A stretch of 64,000 nucleotides of DNA from an uncultured Candidatus Saccharibacteria bacterium (GCA_964401135.1 CAYNXC010000002.1:16457-80456), one strand, 5' to 3'; positions 18,687 through 29,071 are shown, counted from the stretch's first letter. A program made the numbers and translations. Notes: generated from the letters alone by a model not told the origin.

Positions 18687-21656
18687 ATGCGTACACAGAA
18701 AAGCACCTTCTCTAAACTTTACACGGCGCTCAATTCACGCCAGCGCGAGGCCGTGGACGCGATAGAGGGTCCAGTAATTGTGATAGCGGGGCCTGGGACG
18801 GGGAAGACGCAGGTATTGACGCTGCGCATTGCAAATATATTGAAAGAGACCGATGTGGGGCCGGAGGCAATCCTTGCTCTTACCTTTACCCAGTCAGCGG
18901 TTGCCACGATGCGTGCTCGTCTTGCCGAGATTGTAGGGAGCGCCGCCTACCGTGTACACATGTACACCTTCCACGGCTTTGCCAACTCCATCATTAAGCG
19001 TTACCCCGAGTACTTCCCGCGGATTATCGGATCGCGTACCGCAGATCGCATAGACTCGCTCCGTATTGTGGAGCAGGCGGTACTCACTCGCAGGCTTAAG
19101 GCAATTAAACCTTTCGGTAACCCGCTCTACTATGTGAGCTCCATTGTCCGAGCCATTGAAACATTAAAACGAGAAAATATCTCTCCTTCCGTATTTGCCG
19201 CACTTCTGCGTGCGGAGGAGCGAACACTTAAGCAAGGTGTGCCAAAAGGAATCCGCGCATCAGCGTGGGCTTCTCGTCTCAAACGCCATGAACGGAATCG
19301 CGAACTCATACTGGTGTACCGTGCCTACGAGGAGACGCTCAAGCGCGAACGACTCTACGATTACGGTGATATGATCATGGAAGTGGTGCGCGTACTCTCT
19401 GAAGAGAAGGATCTCCTCCTCTCTCTACAAGAAGAGTACATCTATATTCTTGCTGACGAGCACCAAGACGCAAATCAAGCGCAAAATAAAATATTGGAAT
19501 TACTCGGTAGCTTTCACGAGAATCCAAATCTCTTTATCGTGGGAGATGAGAAGCAGGCAATCTACCAATTCCAGGGTGCCTCGCTGGACAACTTTCTCTA
19601 CTTTACCAAACGCTTCCCAACAGCAAAGATTATTGAGCTCTCTGATAATTACCGCTCTACGCAAACCATCCTTGATGCGGCGCACTCACTTGCTAATGCC
19701 GCACCGCCGGACAGCCGCTTAAGTACAGCGCGACTTACCGCAAAGAAGATGAAGGGGGAGGATCCTATCTCCCTTCTCTCTATCCCGCGGGGTGATGAGG
19801 AGCCTAAGTACATTGCTGGAAAGATCAAGGCACTCATCACTCATGGCGTCCCAGCAGAAGAGATTGCGGTGCTCTACCGAGATAACGGTGATATGGCGCC
19901 TTTTGCATCAGCACTTGCCACAGAGGGAATAGAGACGCTAATCAGTTCAGACACAGATGTACTGGACGACCCTGCACTCAAGGAGCTCCTCATCCTTTTG
20001 TATGGCGCAGAGTATATGGATGAAGATAAGCGCCTTGCAGAACTCCTCTGCCTCCCGCTCACACAGGTGCCTGCGCATATACGCTATGCACTCTACGCGT
20101 ATGCGGCTGACGCAAAGATGCCTCTCTACCGAGTTCTTGCCCACGCGGATCAGGTAACTACTCTGCGTGAAGAGGAGGTGAAAGAGGCGCTACATTTTTC
20201 TCGGAAATTGTCACAGATGAATGCCATCGCACACACCTATGCGCTCCCTGCAAGTGTGGATTGGCTTATTAATAAGAGCGGTTACCGAGAAGCAGTCCTT
20301 ACCTCCACGACTGACGCAAGCGCGACATTGGAAAGACTTTCTAGCTTCTTTGCGGAACTGAAGCACTATGCAGAGCGCTACCCTAACCACAAACTAAAAG
20401 AATTTCTTGAGTATATCACCGCGATACAGAATCACGGTCTCTCTATACCCGAGCGCACGGTAGGGAAGCGCGGTGTCCGTCTCATGACGATGCACCGATC
20501 AAAAGGGCTTGAGTTTGATGTCGTGTTTATTGTCCGAGCCTTCCACGGACATGTGGGTGGGCGCGCCTCGCGTGAGCGTTTTGACTTACCGTTGCGTGGG
20601 AGTGCCTTAGGAGAGAGGATAGGAGTAGACGACGAGCGGAGACTCTTTTATGTGGCACTTACGCGGGCGCGTAAGCAAGCACTCCTCTCCTACAGCAGTA
20701 GTGCAGAGGATGGAACCGCACTTTTGCCAACCCAGTTTGTCTCGGAGTTGGATCAGCTTTACCTAGCTTCTTCTCAAGTTATATTAAAAAAAGAAAAAAA
20801 TAAGACCTTGGCTCCTCTCTCATACACTATACGGCCGGCTCATACTGTGCCGGATAGGGAATACCTACGGACACTCTTTTTGGAACGAGGATTCTCGGTC
20901 ACACATCTCAATAATTACCGGAGCTGTCCGTGGAAATACTTTTTTGTGAATCTCTTACGCATCCCAGAGGCAAAGAGTAAACACCTTATTTACGGGAGTG
21001 CAATCCATGCCGCGCTCAAAGAGCTGTACGGTAGTGTGGGGAGGGGAGGAAAGATCTCTCTCACTCGCGTCGTCCATGTGTTTGAAGAGCTTGTAGCACA
21101 AGCCCCTATCTTGCCCATAGAGCGTGAGGAACTCCTCGCTAAAGGGCGTGCGGCGCTCCGCGGTTATGTACAGACTCATCAAGGCGCGCTACCGAAAGAG
21201 GTGCGCACTGAGTACGCAGTACGAGGGATACCTTTCCCTATTGATGGAAAAGATGTAGTGCGTTTAAACGGTGTGCTGGACAGGATCACACTGCTACCGG
21301 ATGGGACGGTACTGGTGAGCGATTACAAGACTGGACACTATAAAACACATAATGAACTCCTTGGTAAAACAAAAAATGCGGACGGGAACTACTGGCGTCA
21401 ATTAGTGTTTTATAAACTACTCTTGGATACGCAAGGCGTCTTTACAATGAAAGATGGGGAGATTGTCTTTGTGGAGCCGGATGAAAAGGGCCGCTATCGT
21501 AGTGAGCGTTTTACCATTACACTGGAGGATGTGGAGATACTGAAAACAGAATTAACGACAGTACTCAATGATATTGCTACGCTCGCATTCTGGGATCGTA
21601 GTTGCTCCGACCCTGACTGTGAGTACTGCACACTCGCGCAGTTGATGAAAAAATAA
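18687..21656 (+). CDS. UvrD/PcrA-type SF1 helicase fused to a C-terminal PD-(D/E)XK nuclease with Cas4/AddB-like Cys cluster
   Basis: Walker A AGPGTGKTQ, DEHQD motif (ILADEHQDAN) and helicase motifs through VALTRAR. The C-terminus has YRSCPWKYF, DRITLL...VSDYKTG and CSDPDCEYC. Confidence 0.9.
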   Translation: MRTQKSTFSKLYTALNSRQREAVDAIEGPVIVIAGPGTGKTQVLTLRIANILKETDVGPEAILALTFTQSAVATMRARLAEIVGSAAYRVHMYTFHGFANSIIKRYPEYFPRIIGSRTADRIDSLRIVEQAVLTRRLKAIKPFGNPLYYVSSIVRAIETLKRENISPSVFAALLRAEERTLKQGVPKGIRASAWASRLKRHERNRELILVYRAYEETLKRERLYDYGDMIMEVVRVLSEEKDLLLSLQEEYIYILADEHQDANQAQNKILELLGSFHENPNLFIVGDEKQAIYQFQGASLDNFLYFTKRFPTAKIIELSDNYRSTQTILDAAHSLANAAPPDSRLSTARLTAKKMKGEDPISLLSIPRGDEEPKYIAGKIKALITHGVPAEEIAVLYRDNGDMAPFASALATEGIETLISSDTDVLDDPALKELLILLYGAEYMDEDKRLAELLCLPLTQVPAHIRYALYAYAADAKMPLYRVLAHADQVTTLREEEVKEALHFSRKLSQMNAIAHTYALPASVDWLINKSGYREAVLTSTTDASATLERLSSFFAELKHYAERYPNHKLKEFLEYITAIQNHGLSIPERTVGKRGVRLMTMHRSKGLEFDVVFIVRAFHGHVGGRASRERFDLPLRGSALGERIGVDDERRLFYVALTRARKQALLSYSSSAEDGTALLPTQFVSELDQLYLASSQVILKKEKNKTLAPLSYTIRPAHTVPDREYLRTLFLERGFSVTHLNNYRSCPWKYFFVNLLRIPEAKSKHLIYGSAIHAALKELYGSVGRGGKISLTRVVHVFEELVAQAPILPIEREELLAKGRAALRGYVQTHQGALPKEVRTEYAVRGIPFPIDGKDVVRLNGVLDRITLLPDGTVLVSDYKTGHYKTHNELLGKTKNADGNYWRQLVFYKLLLDTQGVFTMKDGEIVFVEPDEKGRYRSERFTITLEDVEILKTELTTVLNDIATLAFWDRSCSDPDCEYCTLAQLMKK

Positions 21657-21669
21657 ATTATTTATCGTC

Positions 21670-21751
21670 AGAATACTGTTCATTTTTCTCGCGCTTTACC
21701 CACTTCTGTGGGCTCCGACGCGCCTCAAAAAATGAACAGTATTCTTTTTTT
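21670..21751. terminator. Long perfect inverted repeat (18-bp arms, 40-nt spacer) followed by a T-run; putative bidirectional terminator
   Basis: AGAATACTGTTCATTTTT (21670-21687) is the exact reverse complement of 21728-21745. It is followed by T7. It lies between the convergent helicase and MFS genes. Confidence 0.6.
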
Positions 21752-22916
21752 ATCGCGTGTCAGTAAGTGATAGAGCGAAGCGGATACTTACAAGGAGTAC
21801 TACGCCGAGTATAAAAAAGAGTGAGGGGATGAGCGTAACGGTAAGTACAAGCGCGGCAAGGAGCGGTGCAATGACATACGAGAGCGGCATCATATTCCGT
21901 GAGAGAGCAATGATTGCGGTATCGTGTCCATCAACATGCTTAAAGAGGTAACTCTCCTTCATCACCTCTAAGAAGCTTGCCCCAACGCGCGAAAGAAAGA
22001 GTATCCCCATCCACACGAGCACACTGCTTGAGTCGGTAGACCACACAAGAAAGCTTGCAAAAGACATCATCAAGAGTCCCGCAACCATAAACTCTTGTTC
22101 ACCAGTGTAGCGGTCTGCCAAGCTCCCCAATACATACTGAAAGAGGACAAAGGGAGTGAGCATCACTGTGAAGATGAGTCCGAGTTGTTCCCACGAGAGG
22201 CCGAGCGAGCGCAGGTAGAGAGGAATGTAGATAACCATAATGGCGTAGAACACATTGAGCATGAGATCCAAGAGGAGCGCGTTGTAAACATTTCGCGTGT
22301 GGCCAGTACGGCCTCGGATGATGCGCATAAACGCTCGCGCGAGAGAAGGGGTGTGGATCGGGGCACCTTCTTTTCCGTCTCGCGTGGTACTCCACAAAGC
22401 AATGAGCGTGGCGATGAGTGCCATACTTGCGGCTGTAAGGTACACGAGCGAGATCGTCTGTGTTGCAAGCACTCCTGCGAGAAAAGGGGAGAGAAGCCAC
22501 GCTGTATTGACGACGGTGAGGTAAAGCCCGCGTATCCTACCCGTCTTAGTATCTACCGAGAGTTGTTCAAGCCGTAGATCTAACGAGAACATCGTGATTA
22601 TGCCAAGCGCATAGAAGACGATGAAGGCAAGGGTTGAGAAAAGAGGAGAAGTAGAGCCGTAGAGTACCAGGAGCGCCGCTGCCGTCGCTACCATCAAGAG
22701 CGTTGCTAAGTGTTGGACGCCAAGTTTGGTAAGGATGTGCGGGAGCGCGCTCATAGAGACGATAGTGATGAGCGCGGCGATCGTGTACACATAGCCGACT
22801 ACAGTCTCACCAACAAGCGGAGAGAGGTATGAGGAGCCAACATAAGCAGAGAGTGCCATGGTGGCCGCAAAGAAAAAACCAGTCACATGGAGCAGGGAAA
22901 TATTTTTTGAACGCAT
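21750..22916 (-). CDS. MFS-type transporter
   Basis: 388 aa with about 12 predicted TM segments and loop motifs typical of the MFS fold. Confidence 0.8.
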   Translation of the reverse strand: MRSKNISLLHVTGFFFAATMALSAYVGSSYLSPLVGETVVGYVYTIAALITIVSMSALPHILTKLGVQHLATLLMVATAAALLVLYGSTSPLFSTLAFIVFYALGIITMFSLDLRLEQLSVDTKTGRIRGLYLTVVNTAWLLSPFLAGVLATQTISLVYLTAASMALIATLIALWSTTRDGKEGAPIHTPSLARAFMRIIRGRTGHTRNVYNALLLDLMLNVFYAIMVIYIPLYLRSLGLSWEQLGLIFTVMLTPFVLFQYVLGSLADRYTGEQEFMVAGLLMMSFASFLVWSTDSSSVLVWMGILFLSRVGASFLEVMKESYLFKHVDGHDTAIIALSRNMMPLSYVIAPLLAALVLTVTLIPSLFFILGVVLLVSIRFALSLTDTR

Positions 22917-22924
22917 CTCCCTTA

Positions 22925-24760
22925 TTATACTTCAATCAGGACCGGTAGGATGATAGGCCGCTTGTGAGTTTCTTGGAAGAGGAGTCTGCCAACACTCTCG
23001 CGTACCTCGTTACGCACATAATCAAAGTTGATTGGATGCTGTCGTTCTGTAGCAGATTCAATAGTCTTTTTTACCAGGAAGCGCACCTTACGCAAGAGGT
23101 CTTGTGACTCTTTGAGGTACACAAAGCCGCGAGAAATAATGTCAGGAGACTTGCGCACTTTACCCGTCTTCAAGTTGATAATGGCGACAATCATAAAGAT
23201 GCCTTCTTCAGAAAGCATCTGCCGGTCGCGGATCACGACATCCTTTACATCTCCGGTGCCGAGGCTGTCTAACATCACAATTCCTGCGGAGGCGTTCTCT
23301 TTGCGTTTGATAATGCGCTTACCCCCATCGGTAATTTCAATCACACTACCGTTGTCTGGCACGATGATGTTTTTATCGGGCATGCCGAGCCTCTCCGCCA
23401 TATCTGCATGCACACGGAGCATGTGGTGATGTCCGTGCACGGGGATAAAGAAGCGCGCCTGTACCATGGAGTGTACCCACTCCAGCTCACCGCCGTAGGA
23501 GTGGCCCGATGAGTGCACATCAGCAATGTTATTGTGAATGATTTTTGCCCCCTGTCGAGCGAGGTTGTCCTTCAACTTCTGTACAGCCTTCTCATTTCCA
23601 GGGATTACCGAGGAGGAAAGAAGGATCACATCACCGCGCTTTAACTTGACCGTCTTGTGCTGACGGTTAGCAATGCGCATGAGCGCCGCATACTCGTCGC
23701 CCTGCGCGCCCGTCGCCAGTACAATAATTTTATTGTCCGGATAGTTCTGCATCTCCTCTGCTGGAATGATGGTGCCGCGCCGGATTGAGAGGAGTCCGAG
23801 CTCTTTTGCAATCTCTACATTTGTTTTCATAGAACGACCTTCCACAACAATCTTCTTTCCCATCTCTTCTGCGTCTTTGATGATGAAGATGATGCGCTCT
23901 AAGAGTGAGGCGAAGGTACCCACAATGAGCCGTCCCGTTGCCTCAGAGAGTATTTTGTGAAGGTTGATGTGCACATCACGCTCGGAATAGGAGAAGCCTG
24001 GCTTCTCAACATTAGTTGAGTCGGCGATGAGGAGAAGATTTTTTTCTTTTCCAATCTTCCCATAAGTCTCTACTTCGTTGGGCTCCGGTGTGCCGTTTTT
24101 GTGATCTATTTTAATGTCACCAGTTATGACGATGTCCCCGTAGGGGGTATGCATAATGACGCCGATAGTGTCGGGGATGGTGTGTGTGGTACCGAAGAAT
24201 GAGAGAGAAAAGCTCTTTCCAATACGCAGTGATTCTCCTGCGGCAACTACCTCTATGGCGAGCTTAGGGAGGTGAGGGAACTCCTCTTGCCGCTTCTTAA
24301 TCATCACTGCGGTGAGGAGTGTGGTATAGATAGGAGGGTTACCAATCTTCCCGATAACAAAAGGGATGCCACCGATGTGATCCAGATGCCCATGGGTGAT
24401 GACAACCCCCTTTACCATAGACTTACGCTCTTCAAGGTAGGAGGTGCCGGGTACAATGTAGTCAACCCCCGGCGTCTGCTCGTCGGGGAATTGCACACCA
24501 ATATCTACCACAATAATCTCATCGCCAAACTCAATGGCGGTCATATTTTTGCCAATCTCTTCTACACCTCCTAATGGAATGATACGGATGTCTCCGTGGG
24601 CAAGCTTAGGTATTGGGGCTTTCTTACGCTCCTTAGGCCCCCTCTCTTCATCATTGTTGACACTGTAATCGGATGGGTTGCTCCCGTGAGCGGCAGTCTT
24701 TCGCATTATATGCGGAGAGGAGCGCCGCATGCGCCGTTCTTTCTGTTGTTCTTTTTCCAT
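22925..24760 (-). CDS. rnj: Ribonuclease J (metallo-beta-lactamase/beta-CASP)
   Basis: HGHLDHIGG motif, beta-CASP segment and C-terminal domain. Basic N-terminal extension. Confidence 0.92.
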   Translation of the reverse strand: MEKEQQKERRMRRSSPHIMRKTAAHGSNPSDYSVNNDEERGPKERKKAPIPKLAHGDIRIIPLGGVEEIGKNMTAIEFGDEIIVVDIGVQFPDEQTPGVDYIVPGTSYLEERKSMVKGVVITHGHLDHIGGIPFVIGKIGNPPIYTTLLTAVMIKKRQEEFPHLPKLAIEVVAAGESLRIGKSFSLSFFGTTHTIPDTIGVIMHTPYGDIVITGDIKIDHKNGTPEPNEVETYGKIGKEKNLLLIADSTNVEKPGFSYSERDVHINLHKILSEATGRLIVGTFASLLERIIFIIKDAEEMGKKIVVEGRSMKTNVEIAKELGLLSIRRGTIIPAEEMQNYPDNKIIVLATGAQGDEYAALMRIANRQHKTVKLKRGDVILLSSSVIPGNEKAVQKLKDNLARQGAKIIHNNIADVHSSGHSYGGELEWVHSMVQARFFIPVHGHHHMLRVHADMAERLGMPDKNIIVPDNGSVIEITDGGKRIIKRKENASAGIVMLDSLGTGDVKDVVIRDRQMLSEEGIFMIVAIINLKTGKVRKSPDIISRGFVYLKESQDLLRKVRFLVKKTIESATERQHPINFDYVRNEVRESVGRLLFQETHKRPIILPVLIEV

Positions 24761-24766
24761 ATCTAC

Positions 24767-26464
24767 TTAATTGTAATAGTTTGCAAATATCTTCCAGACG
24801 CGATCGCTTGCGTAGTGCCACTCACTGACGCGAGAGAAGCGATCTGAAGGTGTGGTGATGGGCGGCAGGGCGACTCCTTTGAGAGAGTCAGGTATGATAT
24901 AAATAAATTGTGGAGCGTAGAGGAAGATAGCTGGTGTCTCTTCGCGAATGATTGCCTGAAACTCCTCTATTTTTTTGCTCCGCTCGATATTATCAGAGAT
25001 GCCGCGAGCTTTTTCTAATAATGTATCAGTGGAGGCGTTCGTGTAGAGGGCGATATTTAACCCTGGATCTAGGCGCTGAGATGAATGCCAGAAAGAGAAT
25101 GGGTCTGGATTTCTCCCCACGACCTCACCAAAAAGGAGCGCATCGTACTTGCGTGGGCGGATGACGAGATTTTTCAGATCACTCTCCTCATAGTATTGCG
25201 TACGCACTGAGACGCCGATACTTTCCCACGCCTCTTTCAAAAGCTCCGCACTTGCTTTGAGTTCAGGTATGTTTGAAGTGTCTAAAGTAAACTCTAATGT
25301 CTCTGTCCCACTCTTGCTTGTCTTTGCGCGGACGCCGTTTGCGTTAAGGACCCATCCATTTTTTTCTAGGAGCTCCTCCGCTTCTCTTACTTGCACAGAA
25401 TCCACAGTACTTGAGCTTGTATATCCGAGCGACCCTGGTGGGATAGGTCCATCAATCTCCACTCCATAGCCGTAGAGTACCTCGTTCACGATGCGTGTGC
25501 GTGGTGCTACGAGGGAGAGCGCTTCGCGGACTTCTGTATGGGTAAAGATTGGTGCCTCGCTCTGATTAACAAAGACGCCAAAAATACGAGGGAGCGGTGC
25601 CGTGCGCACTGAGATACCACGCTTCGCAATCGCTCGTGCTATGTCAGGGGAGACTGCCCCCATACTCTCAATATCTCCTTTCTCGTAGGCGGCGATTATG
25701 TCCTCACTCTTCCCATAAAAGCGGATCGTGATAGCAATCTTCGCATCGTCATGCACAGTCCGCTGTGCAGGTACAAGCTCGTAACTGGTAGGGATACCAT
25801 TATTATCTCTGGTGACAGAGGCTACTTTGTATGGCCCAGAACCTATAGGGACGACATTGTGCTCACTGAATTGGAATTGTTCCGCATCTACTCCTGCCCA
25901 CTTATGTTTTGGGAGTATGCCCATCGTCGTATTTTCTAAAAAGCTGGCGTACGGTTGGCGTAAGGTGAACTCAACCGTGTGAACATCTATCTTAGCAACG
26001 GTCACTCCTTCCCAACTTGCGCGCTTGGGGCTCTTAATACTTGAATCTAATGCTTTTTGTACTGTAAATACAACATCGTCGGCAGTAACTGGCTCGCCAT
26101 CATGCCACTTCTCGCCTTTTTTTAAGGTGAAGATGTAACTGGTGCCGTTGGGGCCTATTGTCACCTTTTCTGCGAGATCGGGTTCTAGGCTCCCGTCCTC
26201 GCGTACACGCATCAGTCCTGAGTATACAAGAGCGGTAAGATCACGGTCTGCATCAGATGCGGCAAGCACGGGGTTGATAAAGTGTGGGATGCCGATGACT
26301 CCCTCAATGAGGACCCCGTCTGTGATTGGTACTTCAATAAGTGCGTATTGATTCAGCTTCCACAAGAATCCGAGCAAGCTTACGACCGCGAGTGTTGCGA
26401 GTGAGAAAAGGCCAACCCGACCGTAAAGGCCGAATGATTGATTAACTGTGTGTATCTCAGCCAT
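24767..26464 (-). CDS. ABC transporter substrate-binding protein, family 5 (peptide/nickel type), membrane-anchored
   Basis: SBP_bac_5-like sequence (FTLKKGEKWHDGEPVTADDVVFT). The internal ATG at 26464 gives an N-terminal TM anchor and avoids overlap with secG. Confidence 0.85.
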   Translation of the reverse strand: MAEIHTVNQSFGLYGRVGLFSLATLAVVSLLGFLWKLNQYALIEVPITDGVLIEGVIGIPHFINPVLAASDADRDLTALVYSGLMRVREDGSLEPDLAEKVTIGPNGTSYIFTLKKGEKWHDGEPVTADDVVFTVQKALDSSIKSPKRASWEGVTVAKIDVHTVEFTLRQPYASFLENTTMGILPKHKWAGVDAEQFQFSEHNVVPIGSGPYKVASVTRDNNGIPTSYELVPAQRTVHDDAKIAITIRFYGKSEDIIAAYEKGDIESMGAVSPDIARAIAKRGISVRTAPLPRIFGVFVNQSEAPIFTHTEVREALSLVAPRTRIVNEVLYGYGVEIDGPIPPGSLGYTSSSTVDSVQVREAEELLEKNGWVLNANGVRAKTSKSGTETLEFTLDTSNIPELKASAELLKEAWESIGVSVRTQYYEESDLKNLVIRPRKYDALLFGEVVGRNPDPFSFWHSSQRLDPGLNIALYTNASTDTLLEKARGISDNIERSKKIEEFQAIIREETPAIFLYAPQFIYIIPDSLKGVALPPITTPSDRFSRVSEWHYASDRVWKIFANYYN

Positions 26465-26528
26465 CGTCGGCAGTAGACGCCGAGGGGCTTCTTTCTCTAT
26501 AGTGTTCACAAGTAGAAAAACGGTGCGT

Positions 26529-26774
26529 CTAGCGAGCCAGATAGTTGATGAGCTCCGGCGCGAGCGCAGAGAGGGCAAACAAAACTGCAATTACTATTGT
26601 AGCAATAAACATAACTTTCTCAATACCGCGTTTGCGAAAGTTGGGACCGCTTGAATCTCCACCGCCAAATGCCGATCCAAGCCCCGCCTCGTTTTGCTGA
26701 AGCAGAATAGCTCCGATCATTAAAACCGAGAGTGCAACCTGAATCCACGGGAGTAGCGGGATGAGACTAGACAT
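26529..26774 (-). CDS. secG: Preprotein translocase subunit SecG
   Basis: 81 aa. Two TM helices with the Gly-rich loop LLQQNEAGLGSAFGGGDS. Confidence 0.8.
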   Translation of the reverse strand: MSSLIPLLPWIQVALSVLMIGAILLQQNEAGLGSAFGGGDSSGPNFRKRGIEKVMFIATIVIAVLFALSALAPELINYLAR

Positions 26775-26801
26775 GTTGGGTGTACATTAGCAGAGAGAAA
26801 G

Positions 26802-26829
26802 TTGACAGTCAACCATTGCTCATTATAAT
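26802..26829 (+). promoter_or_regulatory. Sigma-70-type promoter upstream of groES
   Basis: TTGACA (26802-26807), 16-nt spacer, TATAAT (26824-26829). Confidence 0.5.
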
Positions 26830-26872
26830 ACGAGTGCTTACGAGGTAATTACTAGTATAATATAAGCACACT

Positions 26873-27187
26873 ATGGCACAAAAAATACATATCAAACCAC
26901 TCGGAGACCGCGTTCTTGTTGAGCCGCTTAAGGAGGACGATAAGGGAGGTAAGACCAAGGGGGGGATCATTATCCCAGAGACTGTGAGTAAGGAGCGTCC
27001 AGAAGAAGGGCGCATCGTTGCGTGCGGTGAAGGGAAGCGCGGAGATGACGGAGTATTGGTCCCGCTTTCCGTACGGAATGGGGATAGAATTATTTTTTCA
27101 AAGTATGGACCGGATGAAATAAAGGTTGACGGGAAGGAATACTTGATCGTGAGCGAGTCGAATATTTTAGCAATCATTGGAGAGTAA
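26873..27187 (+). CDS. groES: Co-chaperonin GroES
   Basis: 104 aa. IKPLGDRVLVEP...GGIIIPE is typical Cpn10. Confidence 0.97.
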   Translation: MAQKIHIKPLGDRVLVEPLKEDDKGGKTKGGIIIPETVSKERPEEGRIVACGEGKRGDDGVLVPLSVRNGDRIIFSKYGPDEIKVDGKEYLIVSESNILAIIGE

Positions 27188-27209
27188 GATAGACGCAGAT
27201 CAAAAATTT

Positions 27210-28871
27210 ATGGCGAAACAAATACTATTCAATAATAATGCTCGCAAATCCCTTAAGAAGGGGATAGATACACTTGCTGAGGCAGTCAAGATGACCCTCG
27301 GCCCCCGTGGTCGTGCGGTGGTCATTGATAAGGGTTACGGTGCACCACAGGTCACCTTGGATGGAGTAACGGTTGCAAAGGCGATAGAACTTGAAGATAA
27401 GTTTGAGAATGTAGGCGCCGATCTCATCAAGCAAGCGGCAGACAAGACAAACGATAAAGTTGGTGACGGGACGACCACCTCGGTGGTACTTGCTCAGGCC
27501 ATTATTGAGGGTGGAGAGAAGGCGGTTGCCGAGAAAGGATTTAATGTGATCCACCTCGCTGACGAACTGATGCGAGAGAGTGAGTCAGTGATTGCCGCAC
27601 TAGAGGATCAGAGCGAGTCAATTGATGACACGAAGAAAATTGAGGAAGTAGCCACACTCTCGTCAAAAGATTCTGACATCGGCAAGCTTATTGCTGATGT
27701 GATCAAGAAGGTTGGTAAGGACGGCGTGGTGACAATTGAGGACTCTAACACGGGGCTCAACTCATCTGAGCTGGTGGAGGGTATGCAGTTTGATAAGGGT
27801 TATGCCTCTCCATATATGATTACTAATCCTGACCGAATGGATGCGGAGTACGAGGATCCATATATTCTTATCACAGATAAAAAGATCTCTGCTATTAAAG
27901 AGATACTTCCACTCCTTGAGTCGCTCGCTCAGAAGGGGAAAAAGGATTTGGTGATTATTGCTGATGATGTGGATGGCGAAGCTTTGACCACACTCATTGT
28001 GAACAAACTTCGTGGCACCTTTAACGCACTTGCGGTGAAGGCGCCTGCCTTTGGTGATCGCAAAAAGGAGATGCTAGCAGACATCGCAGTACTCACGGGT
28101 GGGAAGGTTGTCTCTGAGGACATAGGTTTGAAATTGGAGAACATTGATATGTCGGTACTCGGTCGCGCACACCGGGTAATCTCTACCAAGGACTCCACAA
28201 CCATCGTGGGCGGTAAGGGGAAGAAGAGTGATGTTGAGGAGCGTTCTCTTGCCATCAAAAAGCAGATAGAGAATACAGAGTCAACCTACGACAAGGAGAA
28301 GTTGCAAGAGCGCCTCGGCAAACTCTCGGGTGGTGTTGCGGTGATTAAAGTGGGTGCGCCAACAGAGTCGGCACAAAAGGAGCTCAAACAGCGCGTGGAG
28401 GATGCCGTTGCGGCAACTAAGGCGGCTATGGAGGAGGGAATTATCCCCGGAGGTGGTATTGCACTCTTTAATGTGGTACTCGGCCTCACAGAAGAAAAGA
28501 CTCCAGACACGATTAACGCCTATGCGCGGATGATACTACGCCGAGCGGCCGAGTCACCTATCATCGCTATTTTTGAAAATAGTGGTGAGGATCCAAAGAA
28601 GTGGATGAAGGAGCTCGCAGAGCGGAAGTCTACGATGAAGGGGAAGGCGGAGCGCTCATGGATCGGATTTAACGCCAAGAGTAACACGGTAGAAGATCTG
28701 AAAAAGGCGGGAATCATTGACCCTCTTAAGGTCACGAAGACTGCCTTTAGAAATGCGGTCTCGGTGGCATCTAACTATCTCACCATCGGCGCGGCCGTTA
28801 CCGACATCCCTAAAAAAGAAGAGCCATCGCACGGCCATGGCGGTGGTATGGGTGGCGGGATGGATTACTAG
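27210..28871 (+). CDS. groEL: Chaperonin GroEL
   Basis: [15 protein letters not shown]..., GDGTTT motif and C-terminal GGMGGGMDY. The ORF-track start 27177 overlaps groES, so the ATG at 27210 is preferred. Confidence 0.97.
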   Translation: MAKQILFNNNARKSLKKGIDTLAEAVKMTLGPRGRAVVIDKGYGAPQVTLDGVTVAKAIELEDKFENVGADLIKQAADKTNDKVGDGTTTSVVLAQAIIEGGEKAVAEKGFNVIHLADELMRESESVIAALEDQSESIDDTKKIEEVATLSSKDSDIGKLIADVIKKVGKDGVVTIEDSNTGLNSSELVEGMQFDKGYASPYMITNPDRMDAEYEDPYILITDKKISAIKEILPLLESLAQKGKKDLVIIADDVDGEALTTLIVNKLRGTFNALAVKAPAFGDRKKEMLADIAVLTGGKVVSEDIGLKLENIDMSVLGRAHRVISTKDSTTIVGGKGKKSDVEERSLAIKKQIENTESTYDKEKLQERLGKLSGGVAVIKVGAPTESAQKELKQRVEDAVAATKAAMEEGIIPGGGIALFNVVLGLTEEKTPDTINAYARMILRRAAESPIIAIFENSGEDPKKWMKELAERKSTMKGKAERSWIGFNAKSNTVEDLKKAGIIDPLKVTKTAFRNAVSVASNYLTIGAAVTDIPKKEEPSHGHGGGMGGGMDY

Positions 28872-28901
28872 CCCGAATATCAAACACTCGGTGTTTGATA
28901 G

Positions 28902-28931
28902 AAAAAGCTCCTGTTGAACAGGAGCTTTTTT
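28902..28931. terminator. Intrinsic terminator after groEL
   Basis: AAAAAGCTCCTGT-tga-ACAGGAGCTTTTTT gives a 9-bp GC-containing stem flanked by A and T runs. Confidence 0.8.
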
Positions 28932-29071
28932 GGTATGATATGGTATAATACAGGCATTAGTAGCAGAGTGGCTCTTGTGACTGTCTCTGATTTTGCGTCT
29001 CCCAATCAACAGCGGACGCTTGTCGGATCAGACCTTGGTACAGTCCGATTTATTAAATAATTAGCATAGTC

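Noticed and set aside
28935-29060. 41-codon ORF in the groEL-lemA spacer.
   Set aside because: It has no RBS, no hydrophobic or other recognisable features, and it overlaps the predicted promoter. It is treated as non-coding leader.
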